Positions 37,122 through 46,934 of a stretch of DNA of 50,874 nt are shown here, one piece after another. The notes under the pieces were generated by a model. The model was not told the DNA's origin. It ran no database searches and saw nothing but the letters and a program-made list of their open reading frames with translations. The stretch comes from a bacterium (GTDB taxonomy: Bacteria; Patescibacteriota; Patescibacteriia; Patescibacteriales; GWC2-42-12), in contig JAUSEG010000006.1 in the NCBI GenBank assembly GCA_030650415.1, positions 1 through 50,874 of the forward strand, given 5' to 3'. How positions within the stretch are numbered: the stretch's first letter is position 1; every line of letters starts with the position of its first letter. Both the position numbers and the translations under genes were made by a program.

Positions 37122-38774
37122 ATGCCGATAAATCCCACCTTATCAAGGAAAGATGAAGTATATTTTACGCCTAACGAAAATGCCAAGAAATTATTCCAGA
37201 TAATTTACCGCGAAGAAAATAAAACCGAAATCGAGGACGACACGCCAAAAATAAAGGTTTCCGACCTGATTTCCATGCTGGCTTTTTATTATGAAAAAAT
37301 TCGCAATTCGGTTGATTATAAGGAAGAATATCTTTTGCGCCGCAGTTCGATTTTAAGAACTTTAAAAAGGCAAATTATAATCGAGGGACAGTTAAAAACC
37401 CTGACGCCGGAGGAGATTTCCAAAAATCTCTTGGTTGAGCTGATTCGCGCCGGCTATCTGCCGAACAACAAACTGCCGGAAACTAAAATCGGCGAATTGG
37501 CCATAGTGATAGATAAATATTTAAAACTTAGGCATGAGAGCCTGCTTAAAATTAACGATGATAAGCAGAATCATGAGGTCAGCAAGTGGATTTTAGCCAT
37601 GGCCTCGACCGAGATTGAAGAAAAATTAAACGATGACATCATCAGTCAGACCACTATCGGAAATATGTATGAATTGCTGTCTAAGCATCTGGTCTTGCCC
37701 GAAGAGTCAATTTATCAGCCGGACAGAGAGATTCAAATCTATTTAAGCATTCATCGGATTTATATGAAATTCGACGACGACATGCTGGAATTTTTACTGC
37801 TTAAATATTATAACGCTAACTGGCTTAATGGCGCTGATAAGGAAATAAAATATTTGGCCAATCATCTGGAAACCGTTAGGCAAGCAATTAAAGAGCAACT
37901 GGATCACCCTTTAGCCGCGCAAGTGAATAAGATTATTAATCGTTATTCGGTTTATTATACGATTCTAAATGATGTGATTATGGATGATCCGGTCGGAGTT
38001 TATGAAGGGATTAAGAGCGATCCGAAAGCCTTTCCCCGCCTGATTAAAAAATTCGCCCAGAAAAGATATCATGAGTCAAAAGTTAAATTGCGCCGAGCGG
38101 CCGTCAGAAGCATTATCTATATCTTTTTAACTAAAATGGTTTTAGCCCTGATTCTGGAAATACCGGTTACGATTTGGCTCGGTGAAATTTTAAACTATAC
38201 TTCCTTAACCATAAATGTCACCTTCCCGCCATTTTTATTATTTTTAATCGTTCTATTTACCAGGACGCCGTCAGAAGCCAATTCTTTAAAGATTGTGCAG
38301 GGGATTGAAGAAATTGTATTTAAAGAAAAGGCTAAAAAAGAGCCGATTGTTTTAAGACAGACGGTTAAACGGAAAAAGGGCATTGGCGGAGTCTTCGCCA
38401 CGCTCTACGCCGTGACTTTTTTAATAACTTTCGGTTTGGTGATTTACTTTTTGGACAAGATTCATTTTACTATCGTCAGTATAATTATCTTCCTCTTTTT
38501 CTTGACTTTAGTCAGTTTCTTTAGCTTAAGAATCAGAAAAGTGGCGCGCGAGATGTATATTATTGAACGCCAGGATAGTATTTTTTCTTTTGTCATGGAT
38601 TTCTTTTATGTACCGATTATTGAAGTGGGTAAGTGGCTTAATGAAAAATTCTCACGGCTTAATTTTTTCGTTTTCTTTTTGGACTTTATCATTGAAGCGC
38701 CGTTTAAGGTTTTAGTCGATATCGCCGAAGAGTGGACTAAGTATGTTAAGGAAAGGAAGGAAGAAATCATGTAA
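37122..38774 (+). CDS. Hypothetical membrane protein
   Basis: YEKIRNSVDYKEEYLLRR N-domain, four TM segments, FLDFIIEAPFK. Confidence 0.8.
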   Translation: MPINPTLSRKDEVYFTPNENAKKLFQIIYREENKTEIEDDTPKIKVSDLISMLAFYYEKIRNSVDYKEEYLLRRSSILRTLKRQIIIEGQLKTLTPEEISKNLLVELIRAGYLPNNKLPETKIGELAIVIDKYLKLRHESLLKINDDKQNHEVSKWILAMASTEIEEKLNDDIISQTTIGNMYELLSKHLVLPEESIYQPDREIQIYLSIHRIYMKFDDDMLEFLLLKYYNANWLNGADKEIKYLANHLETVRQAIKEQLDHPLAAQVNKIINRYSVYYTILNDVIMDDPVGVYEGIKSDPKAFPRLIKKFAQKRYHESKVKLRRAAVRSIIYIFLTKMVLALILEIPVTIWLGEILNYTSLTINVTFPPFLLFLIVLFTRTPSEANSLKIVQGIEEIVFKEKAKKEPIVLRQTVKRKKGIGGVFATLYAVTFLITFGLVIYFLDKIHFTIVSIIIFLFFLTLVSFFSLRIRKVAREMYIIERQDSIFSFVMDFFYVPIIEVGKWLNEKFSRLNFFVFFLDFIIEAPFKVLVDIAEEWTKYVKERKEEIM

Positions 38775-38789
38775 AATTTTTGTTTACAA

Positions 38790-38942
38790 AAATTTCAAAT
38801 CCTAAATTCTAATATCTAAATTCTAAACAAATCACAAATTCTAAATTCAAATGTTCCAAACAAGATACCTTTGCCTTTGCGTTTGTTTTGAATTTTGAAT
38901 TTGGAACATTAGAATTTGTTTAGGATTTAGGATTTAGAATTT
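38790..38942. repeat. Inverted heptamer array (AAATTCT-type units, then the complement)
   Basis: AAATCCT AAATTCT AATATCT AAATTCT ... AGGATTT AGGATTT AGAATTT. Confidence 0.8.
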
Positions 38943-38954
38943 ATTTGTTTTTTT

Positions 38955-39821
38955 ATGCCTACCCTATATATAGTCGCCACGCCAATAGGTAATTTAGAAG
39001 ATATCAGTATGAGAGCGCTTCGCGTTTTAGGCGAAGTTGATTTTATTTTGTGCGAAGATACGCGAGTAACCAGAGTGCTCTTAGATCGCTATAATATAAA
39101 AACCAGGACTATTTCTTATCATCAGCATTCAAATGAAAATAAAGTCAGCGAGATTATAAATTTATTGATTCAAGGAAAGAATTTAGCTTTGGTTTCCGAC
39201 GCGGGCACGCCCGGCATATCCGATCCGGGCGGGAAACTCGTTCAGGCGGTACTGGAAAAATTTGGTAGCGAGATTTACCCCGTCAAATCCCCGCTAAAGC
39301 GGGGTGCGGAGCAATTTTACGGGGTGAACCCCGTCAAATCCCGCTCCGCGGGAATTACGCCGGAAGCGGAATTATTTGACGGGGTTAAAATTGAATCCGT
39401 GCCCGGTCCGTCGGCCGTAACCGCCGCTCTTTCCATCTCCGGCATACCGACCGATAAATTCATCTTCTTGGGTTTTCCGCCCCATAAAAAAGGCCGGCAG
39501 ACTTTTATCAGAAAAATTTTGGTCAGTGATTATCCGGTGGTGGTGTATGAATCAAAACATAGAATCGTCAAATTTTTACAGGAACTGCAGGAAGCGGTTG
39601 AAAAAAATTTGGTGGTTGATGGCGAAAAAGCGAATCAGGAATTAGGAATTAGGAATAATGGAAAAGGCAAAACTCCCAGCCTGACTTCGGTCGTAGTCTG
39701 CCGCGAATTATCTAAAATGCATGAAACGGTTTATCGGGGGGACCTTAAGAGCATTATGGAAAAAATTAAATTGAATAAGAATGATCAAAAAGGCGAGTTT
39801 GTGGTAATTATTGGAAAATAA
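38955..39821 (+). CDS. rsmI: 16S rRNA C1402 2'-O-methyltransferase with in-frame repeat insertions
   Basis: LYIVATPIGNLEDIS.RA, CEDTR, LVSDAGTPGISDPG, PGPSA, YES, RELSKMHE, KGEFV. Confidence 0.95.
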   Translation: MPTLYIVATPIGNLEDISMRALRVLGEVDFILCEDTRVTRVLLDRYNIKTRTISYHQHSNENKVSEIINLLIQGKNLALVSDAGTPGISDPGGKLVQAVLEKFGSEIYPVKSPLKRGAEQFYGVNPVKSRSAGITPEAELFDGVKIESVPGPSAVTAALSISGIPTDKFIFLGFPPHKKGRQTFIRKILVSDYPVVVYESKHRIVKFLQELQEAVEKNLVVDGEKANQELGIRNNGKGKTPSLTSVVVCRELSKMHETVYRGDLKSIMEKIKLNKNDQKGEFVVIIGK

Positions 39822-39830
39822 TAATTTCTT

Positions 39831-39917
39831 TGTCATTCCCGAAGCCGAAGGCTGTCGGGAATCCAGGAGTAAACAGCAAAAACTTGTTTCTGGATTCCCG
39901 CCTGCGCGGGAATGACA
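39831..39917. repeat. TGTCATTCCC...GGGAATGACA palindromic element
   Basis: Same family as 35727-35832. Confidence 0.85.
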
Positions 39918-39941
39918 AAATTATCCATTAATTAATTTTGT

Positions 39942-41396
39942 ATGAAAAAATTCTATATTACAACTCCGGTTTACTATGTTAACGACGTGCCCCATATCGG
40001 CCATACTTATACGACCGTGGCGGCCGATGTTTTGGCGCGCTGGCATCGCGAGCTGGGAGATGAAACTTTTTTCTTAACCGGTACGGATGAGCATGGCGCG
40101 AAAATTGAAACCAAGGCCGGAGAAATGAAAATTGATCCGAAAGCTTATGCCGATGGAATTTCCGCTAAATTTTTAGAGGCTTGGCAGAAGTTAAATATCT
40201 CCAATGATAATTTTATCCGCACGACTGACGAACAACATGTAAAAGCTGTGCAAACTGCTTTGCAATTTATGCATGATAAGGGCGATATTTATTTAGGCAA
40301 ATATGAAGGGCTGTATTGCCGCGGCTGCGAGCAATATAAGAGCGACCGCGACTTAGTCGACGGTTTATGCCCCGACCATAAGGTCGCGCCGGAAAAAATG
40401 AGCGAAGAATGCTACTCGTTCAGATTGTCGAAATATCAGGATCAGCTGCTTGAACTTATAAAAAAAGATAAATTAAAAATCCTGCCGGCCAATCGTAAAA
40501 ATGAGGTCGTCAGTTTTATTGAAAAAGAAGGCCTGGAAGACGTATCGTTTTCTCGCAAAAATATAAAGTGGGGCATACCGATTCCCTGGGATAAGTCGCA
40601 TACGGTCTACGTTTGGGCGGACGCGTTTTTAAATTATTTAACCGGCCTAGGCTGGGATCCTTCGGCAGGCTCCCCTCGGCCTGAGCTCGGGACGAAGGCA
40701 GGACAGGCGGCACTTAAATTTTGGCCGCCGACCGTGCAACTCATGAGCAAGGATATTCTGCGCGTGCACGCCACCATCTGGCAGGCCATGCTTTTGTCTT
40801 TAGGCCTGCCGACTTCGGAGACCATCTTTGTGCACGGCTATTTTCAGATTAACGGCCAGAAAATGGGCAAGTCCTTAGGCAATGTTATTGCGCCGGATGA
40901 TTTAATTAAAAAATACGGTGTGGATGCCAGCCGCTACTTAATTATGAGTGCGGCCGTCTTCGGTCATGATGGCGATATTAGCTTTGAAAAATTTGACGAA
41001 AAATATAATGCCGATCTGGCCAACGGACTGGGGAATCTAACGGCGCGGGTTTCTAATTTAATAGAAAAAAATAACCTAGAGTTTAACCTAAAAGCCGGGA
41101 GCGATGAAAAATTAGTTGAAAATTTTTCTAAAAGTATGCAGGCTTTTCAGTTTGACGAAGCGCTTAAAATACTCTGGCTCGTTTTAAGAGCCGGCGATGA
41201 GGTTTTGAGCGATAAAAAACCCTGGAAGCTCGAAGATAAAAAGGCCATTGAGAAAATTTTAAAACCGATCGCGCAGAATATTTTAGACGTGGCCGTTTTA
41301 TTAAAACCGTTTATGCCGGAAGTCTCCGAAAAAATTGTCGCCCAATTCAGCGCCAAGCAGATTAAAAAAGGCGAATCTCTTTTTCCGAGGATATAA
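39942..41396 (+). CDS. metG: Methionyl-tRNA synthetase, short form
   Basis: YYVNDVPHIGH, GTDEHG, Zn knuckle CxxC...CPDH, KMGKS, LANGLGNL. Confidence 0.96.
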   Translation: MKKFYITTPVYYVNDVPHIGHTYTTVAADVLARWHRELGDETFFLTGTDEHGAKIETKAGEMKIDPKAYADGISAKFLEAWQKLNISNDNFIRTTDEQHVKAVQTALQFMHDKGDIYLGKYEGLYCRGCEQYKSDRDLVDGLCPDHKVAPEKMSEECYSFRLSKYQDQLLELIKKDKLKILPANRKNEVVSFIEKEGLEDVSFSRKNIKWGIPIPWDKSHTVYVWADAFLNYLTGLGWDPSAGSPRPELGTKAGQAALKFWPPTVQLMSKDILRVHATIWQAMLLSLGLPTSETIFVHGYFQINGQKMGKSLGNVIAPDDLIKKYGVDASRYLIMSAAVFGHDGDISFEKFDEKYNADLANGLGNLTARVSNLIEKNNLEFNLKAGSDEKLVENFSKSMQAFQFDEALKILWLVLRAGDEVLSDKKPWKLEDKKAIEKILKPIAQNILDVAVLLKPFMPEVSEKIVAQFSAKQIKKGESLFPRI

Positions 41397-41404
41397 ATTT
41401 AAAT

Positions 41405-41504
41405 TGTCATTGCGAGCGACCGCAGGGAGCGAAGCAATCTCACGTATGCCTTAAATAGATATCCGTGAGATTGCTTCGCCCTGATTACAGGGCTCGCAAT
41501 GACA
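41405..41504. repeat. TGTCATTGCGAG...CTCGCAATGACA palindromic element
   Basis: Includes GCGAAGCAATCTC/GAGATTGCTTCGC; same family as 35677-35858. Confidence 0.85.
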
Positions 41505-41515
41505 ATAACAAACCT

Positions 41516-42016
41516 ATGCCAATTTTTGATATCATCCTAATAATTATTATCGCCGGTTTCGTTTTTTACGGCTTGTTTTTCGGCTTAATCAGGACGATCG
41601 GCTCCTTAGTCGGCTTAGTGGTTGGCCTCTGGCTGACCTTTGTTTTTCATTTAACGGTTTATGAGTGGCTGAAAAATTTATTTTTTGGCCATGAATTATC
41701 CGGAAAAGTTATAACTTTTATTATATTATTTACTTTTATCAACCGCCTGATTGGTTTTATTTTTGCTATTTTAGATCGAACCTTTGATCTTTTATCGGTC
41801 ATTCCGTTTTTAAAAACCATTAATCGCCTGGCCGGTATGGTCTTAGGTTTAGTCGAAGGCGGATTGGTTTTAGGCTTTCTGCTTTTATATATTTCTCAAA
41901 CTTCTTTCGGCTACTGGCTTACGGGCTCGCAGGTGGCGCCGTTTTTAATTAAATTTACCAAAGTTATTTTGCCACTCCTGCCCGGGCTCATAAATAAACT
42001 TAAAGTGGTGGTATAA
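41516..42016 (+). CDS. cvpA: CvpA (colicin V production) family membrane protein
   Basis: MPIFDIILIIII...GL..GL, INRLAG..LGL.EG; the longer ORF starts inside the repeat. Confidence 0.85.
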   Translation: MPIFDIILIIIIAGFVFYGLFFGLIRTIGSLVGLVVGLWLTFVFHLTVYEWLKNLFFGHELSGKVITFIILFTFINRLIGFIFAILDRTFDLLSVIPFLKTINRLAGMVLGLVEGGLVLGFLLLYISQTSFGYWLTGSQVAPFLIKFTKVILPLLPGLINKLKVVV

Positions 42017-42019
42017 AAT

Positions 42020-43012
42020 ATGATAAAAAATATTAAAAATAAAGGTGAGATAGTAATTTATAAAACCAAGCAGGGTCCGAAATTGGACGTTAAGATGGAG
42101 AAGCAAACTGTTTGGTTGACCCAGGCGCAAATTGGGTTGCTTTTTGGCACGCAAAGGCCGGCAATTACCAAACATTTTAAAAATATTTTTGAAAGCGGAG
42201 AGTTGGAAGAAAAATCAGTATGTTCCATTTTGGAACATACTGCCGCTGACGAAAAAGTTTATAAAACTCAATTTTATAATCTAGATGCAATCATATCAGT
42301 GGGTTATCGAGTCAATTCCAAGAGAGCTACCCAATTTCGTATCTGGGCGACCAAGACTTTAAAAGATCATTTGGTTCAGGGCTATACGATTAATGAAAAA
42401 AGATTGCTGGAAGCTAAAGAGAAATTTGCCGAACTGCAAACCGCTATTTCATTTTTACGAGATAAAGCCAAAAACGAGCTATTGATCGGGCAAGAGCAGG
42501 AAATATTAAATCTGCTGGCTTATTATTCCAGCTCGCTTACTATTCTGGAGAAGTATGATAAAAACAAGTTAGCTTTGCCCGCAGACGGAAAAACTAAATA
42601 TAAATTAACTTTTGAGCTGGCGCTGGAAATTATAGAAGGCATCAAAGTCGAACTCGTAAAGAGAAAAGAAGCCAGTGATATTTTCGGCCGGCAAAGCGCT
42701 CATAAGTTGGAAAGCATCTTAGCCAATCTCTGGCAGACTTTTGGCGGGCGAGAGCTTTATAAAAATTTGGAAGAAAAGGCCGCGCATCTTTTATATTTAA
42801 TTATAAAAGATCATCCGTTTATCGACGGTAATAAACGTATCGGCTCATTTTTGTTTGTTTATTTTTTGGATAAAAATAATTTTCTTTACCGCAAAAACGG
42901 TGAGAAAAAGATTAACGATAACGCTTTAGTAGCCCTGGCATTACTCACCGCCACGAGCGATCCTAAGGATAAAGAGGTGATGATAAAAATTATTGTGAAT
43001 TTGTTGAAATAA
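42020..43012 (+). CDS. RhuM-Fic/Doc fusion protein
   Basis: WLTQ..I..LF, YNLDAIISVGYRVNS.RATQFRIWAT, HPFIDGNKR. Confidence 0.9.
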   Translation: MIKNIKNKGEIVIYKTKQGPKLDVKMEKQTVWLTQAQIGLLFGTQRPAITKHFKNIFESGELEEKSVCSILEHTAADEKVYKTQFYNLDAIISVGYRVNSKRATQFRIWATKTLKDHLVQGYTINEKRLLEAKEKFAELQTAISFLRDKAKNELLIGQEQEILNLLAYYSSSLTILEKYDKNKLALPADGKTKYKLTFELALEIIEGIKVELVKRKEASDIFGRQSAHKLESILANLWQTFGGRELYKNLEEKAAHLLYLIIKDHPFIDGNKRIGSFLFVYFLDKNNFLYRKNGEKKINDNALVALALLTATSDPKDKEVMIKIIVNLLK

Positions 43013-43016
43013 AATT

Positions 43017-44321
43017 ATGACTAAAGAACAAATAAAAAAGAAAGTCTTGGCGTTTAATGATTGGGAATTTTGGTTTAATCGCCCGTTCGGCGCTTTTTTA
43101 ATGTCTTGCTTTAAGGGTGGGCAGAGTAGGAAATATATGAGAAACGCCGGTGTTGATGTCGAGTGGCCGGCAATTTTATTCCAGAATAGTGCCTGGTTTA
43201 AAAGCGAAAAAGTTTGGAATATTTTTGAGGCAGAACTTAAAAAATATGGAAAAGACAAGGTGTTTGAAGTTGTAAAATATTGTGAAAACTATGCCAAGCC
43301 GGCGGAAAAACGGATTATAAGGATTAGCAAAATATCAGCCAGTCCTAAAGAAAAACTATTAGAACTCTATGATATTTTTACCCAAGTCGCGAGTTTTATT
43401 TGGCTGGCGCATGGCATGGAGCATCTTTATAATAAAATTTTGCATGAAGAAGCGCCGAAATATATGACCGGTGACGTGGAAAAGAATATCGGCGATATAA
43501 GTTTTCCTAAAAAGAAAAACGCGAATTTTTATTTTGAACAAGTTTTAAAGAGCAATCTATCTTTAGAAAAAGTTAGGCAGAGGTTCGGCTGGATTAAGGC
43601 GCGAGGTGGATTCGCGGATGGGTTTAGTATCAAAGAGCTGGCCGTGGAACGCAATCGCCTTAAAGCCGAGTCTAAAAAAGATAAAAAATTTGTTCGCCCG
43701 AGAATTCATCCGAAATTAAAAGATTTAGCGGCTATCGCGCAAGAATTGGTCTATTTTCGGACTCTGCGAACCGATATTCTTTTTGAGCTAATGTGGATCG
43801 CCAGGCCGGTTTTAACCGAGATCGCCAAGTCTTTTGGTCTAACCTTTAAAGAACTTCAAGACTACAGTATTTTTGATTTAGTAAAGGGCGAGTTAGAAAA
43901 ATATGAGTATGAAAAATTTTCCGCCATTTCATATGGTAAGGAGCTAGCGCTACTTCATGAGCCGATTTTTTTTGAGAAAGCGCGAGTAGGTAGAGCTGAG
44001 CTTAAAGGTGCGGTCGCTTTTGAAGGTGTTGTTTCCGGAATCGTTAAAGTTGTTATGACCGCACAGGAAATCGAAAAAGTAAATATGGGCGACATCCTGG
44101 TCGCACCGACGACCGCTCCATCTTTTATCTTCGGCATGAGAAAAGCTGCGGCTTTCGTTACCGACGAAGGCGGGATCACCTCTCACGCGGCGATAGTTGC
44201 CCGTGAAATGAAAAAACCTTGTATCATCGGCACGAAGATTGCTACTAAGGTTTTTAAAGATGGCGACTTAGTCGAAGTGGATGCAAACAAGGGTATTGTA
44301 AAAATAATCAATCCAAGATGA
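43017..44321 (+). CDS. PEP-utiliser swivel phospho-His domain protein with helical N-domain; no ATP-grasp
   Basis: GDILVAPTT.P, VTDEGGITSHAAIVAREMKKPCIIG, GDLVEVDA. Confidence 0.85.
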   Translation: MTKEQIKKKVLAFNDWEFWFNRPFGAFLMSCFKGGQSRKYMRNAGVDVEWPAILFQNSAWFKSEKVWNIFEAELKKYGKDKVFEVVKYCENYAKPAEKRIIRISKISASPKEKLLELYDIFTQVASFIWLAHGMEHLYNKILHEEAPKYMTGDVEKNIGDISFPKKKNANFYFEQVLKSNLSLEKVRQRFGWIKARGGFADGFSIKELAVERNRLKAESKKDKKFVRPRIHPKLKDLAAIAQELVYFRTLRTDILFELMWIARPVLTEIAKSFGLTFKELQDYSIFDLVKGELEKYEYEKFSAISYGKELALLHEPIFFEKARVGRAELKGAVAFEGVVSGIVKVVMTAQEIEKVNMGDILVAPTTAPSFIFGMRKAAAFVTDEGGITSHAAIVAREMKKPCIIGTKIATKVFKDGDLVEVDANKGIVKIINPR

Positions 44322-45775
44322 ATGTCAAACAGCTAGAGAAAAAATTATCCGGATATAAATTTTTACCCGAAGGAGGCAGGGCATGTTTTTTTTATCCGCA
44401 TTATGAAATTATCAGGCAGATGAGCAAACCTGGATTTCCATGGTCAGCAAATTATAAAGAAATTGATACCTCTTTCGGGTCATACAGCAAGAACCATATT
44501 GTTGAGTGGTATTTTATTTCCAGCGACGAGAAGCATTACATTAATTTTATTGAACGCTACATAAAAAATCCCAAACTTTTAGAAGATTTGAAAAAATATG
44601 CCGATGATCTAAAAAATAAAATAACAAAATTGGTTGATAAAGATTTTTTTAAACGTTCAAACGAGGATTTGGGAAATATTCTTTCCGAATATTACGATTT
44701 ATATCAAGAGCTTTTTAAAGGATCGGTAACCTTGCGCACTCTTGATCGGGGAATCGTTATGAGCGTGCGCCAGCGACACCCGGAAGAAAAAGCCGATGAA
44801 ATTTTAAGGAACATAACCATCAGTGACAAGCCGACGGTTTCCCTTAAAGAGGAACTCGACGTTTTAAATTTAGCCTTGAAACTTAATAAAGAACATAAAA
44901 CAATCGAATCTCTAAGGGGAAAGCTAGGAATAAAAAAATTGCTGAAAAAATACGCGTGGAGTATTCTTGGCTATTACAAAGAGCAGCCAAATACCGAAGG
45001 AACCTTTGAAAAAAGAGTTTCTGACTTAATGAAAGAAAATCCTGAAGTCTTGTTAAACAATTTACAAGAACGGATTGCGGAGGACAGAATTAAGAGAGAT
45101 AAATTATTAATGGGGCTATCTTCCGAGGAAAAAAAGATTGCTTTTATTGCTTCGGAAACGCCGTATCTTAAAGATTATGTTAAGTCTAAAATTAATGAAG
45201 CGCAATATTATGCCGAACCCCTGTTTATTGAAATTGCTAAGCGGATCAAAAAATCTCTCGAATATATTAAAGATTTGATGATTGAGGAGGTAAAAAGATT
45301 GCTCGCCGGCGGCTCGGTTGATGATTCTATTATTAAGGAAAGAACAAAAGAAAATTTTATAATTTCGCTTAATGGCGAAGTATTTGTTCTAGTCGGGAGC
45401 GATGCCGGTTATATTAATAATAAATGCGTTGGCGATACTTTCAATGCAGATTCTGAAGAATTTAAAGGACGGGTGGCTTCTCTCGGCTATGCCAAGGGTC
45501 TCGTAAAAGTAGTATATGATGTAGGTGATTTCCATAAAGTTCAAGCCGGTGATATCTTGGTGGTAATAAACACCAGCCCGGATTTTATTCCGGTTATTCG
45601 CAAAGCCGGAGCGATTGTGGCGGAAGAGGGCGGTCTAACGGCGCATGTCTCTGTTGTTTCTCGTGAGTTTGGCGTGCCGTGCATCGTCGGAGTTAAAGGC
45701 GCTACGAGTTTGCTGAAGGATGGTGATTTGGTGGAAGTGAACGCGAATAAGGGGATTGTCAGAAAAATAAAATAA
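44318..45775 (+). CDS. PEP-utiliser swivel phospho-His domain protein (paralogue 2)
   Basis: GDILVVINTSP, EEGGLTAHVSVVSREFGVPCIVG. Confidence 0.85.
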   Translation: MNVKQLEKKLSGYKFLPEGGRACFFYPHYEIIRQMSKPGFPWSANYKEIDTSFGSYSKNHIVEWYFISSDEKHYINFIERYIKNPKLLEDLKKYADDLKNKITKLVDKDFFKRSNEDLGNILSEYYDLYQELFKGSVTLRTLDRGIVMSVRQRHPEEKADEILRNITISDKPTVSLKEELDVLNLALKLNKEHKTIESLRGKLGIKKLLKKYAWSILGYYKEQPNTEGTFEKRVSDLMKENPEVLLNNLQERIAEDRIKRDKLLMGLSSEEKKIAFIASETPYLKDYVKSKINEAQYYAEPLFIEIAKRIKKSLEYIKDLMIEEVKRLLAGGSVDDSIIKERTKENFIISLNGEVFVLVGSDAGYINNKCVGDTFNADSEEFKGRVASLGYAKGLVKVVYDVGDFHKVQAGDILVVINTSPDFIPVIRKAGAIVAEEGGLTAHVSVVSREFGVPCIVGVKGATSLLKDGDLVEVNANKGIVRKIK

Positions 45776-45819
45776 AAGCTATAATGGAGCTGTATAAAAA
45801 TTATAATTTTTATAAATTT

Positions 45820-46932
45820 ATGAATGAATCAAAAATAGAGCAAGGTTCAGCTAACAGCGATAATGAGCAAGCCATGGTTGCTAAGTTTGAAAGAATGGGT
45901 ATTAAAAATGTAGTCAGCGTTTTTAGGGTTGAGAATGAAAAATCGTTAGACGGAAAGGAAATTAAAGCTGAAATATTTTGGGTAAAATTTAAGAAACCAG
46001 AAGGCCAGGAATTTTCTGATTTATCCGAGGTCGAGGGCAAAATATATTTACCGGTGGAGCCAAGCGGAGAATTAATCCTGTTTACTCCGGGGTTTCCCGG
46101 CGGCAACGCCGGAAGATTTGAACAACTTTACGCGGAAGATTTTACCGACGCCGGTTATGCTTTTTTTACTGTTCGGCACAACGGCACATCTTTGACTAAT
46201 GGCGCAACCTCTCTGGAAATTTTGAATTCAGCCAAAAGAATGGAAATCGCGCAGAAACAAGGTGAGCACCATATCGGCGGCACCAGGCCGGAAGGCTATA
46301 GCCCGTTTGATATAATTAATGAATCAATCACGCCATTGATGGCCTTACAGAATAAATATGAAAAAATTCATTTGATGGGGCAATCAATGGGCGTGGCGGC
46401 GAGTTATAATGCCATAAGAAGAACACAAGGGCATCCTGAAGTTCAGAATAAAATTGGCAATGTGGTAGGAATATCCGGTTATGTGGGTAAAGAACATGAG
46501 GGCGCGACCTGGGATACTATGAATATGCCCATGGCCGATTTAACCGAGTATGAATATGGCTATGTTAAAAAAGTGGACGCCAACATAGTGCCTAAAGAGC
46601 AATTTCAAGCCGAAATGGCAAAAGTTGCTGAAGCAAACAAGGCTCTAAAAATTCCCGGGCATATAGGCAATGTTTTGGTTTATACACCGAAAGATCCATT
46701 GGTTGCCGGGCCGGATAAATCTAAAAAAGATTACGCCTTAAATTATGGCCCCGTATCCGCTAAAAAAATTATTATTGAAGACGAAACTAATCTTGCAGAT
46801 AAAAAGCCCCATTCCATGTTATGGATTTCGCCAGAGAATTTATTAAGAGCCGTGAAAGCCAAGGTTTCAAGCCATGGGCCGCATTTTGTAAAAGTTCCAA
46901 GAGCTAAAGACGGATTAATAGAAAGGGGTTAA
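45820..46932 (+). CDS. Alpha/beta hydrolase
   Basis: PGFPG, GQSMG nucleophile elbow, KDPLV, PHS; alternative start 45784. Confidence 0.75.
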   Translation: MNESKIEQGSANSDNEQAMVAKFERMGIKNVVSVFRVENEKSLDGKEIKAEIFWVKFKKPEGQEFSDLSEVEGKIYLPVEPSGELILFTPGFPGGNAGRFEQLYAEDFTDAGYAFFTVRHNGTSLTNGATSLEILNSAKRMEIAQKQGEHHIGGTRPEGYSPFDIINESITPLMALQNKYEKIHLMGQSMGVAASYNAIRRTQGHPEVQNKIGNVVGISGYVGKEHEGATWDTMNMPMADLTEYEYGYVKKVDANIVPKEQFQAEMAKVAEANKALKIPGHIGNVLVYTPKDPLVAGPDKSKKDYALNYGPVSAKKIIIEDETNLADKKPHSMLWISPENLLRAVKAKVSSHGPHFVKVPRAKDGLIERG

Positions 46933-46934
46933 TT

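Noticed and set aside
41465..41515. N-terminal extension of CvpA
   Set aside because: It starts inside a palindromic repeat; ATG 41516 gives a normal CvpA start.
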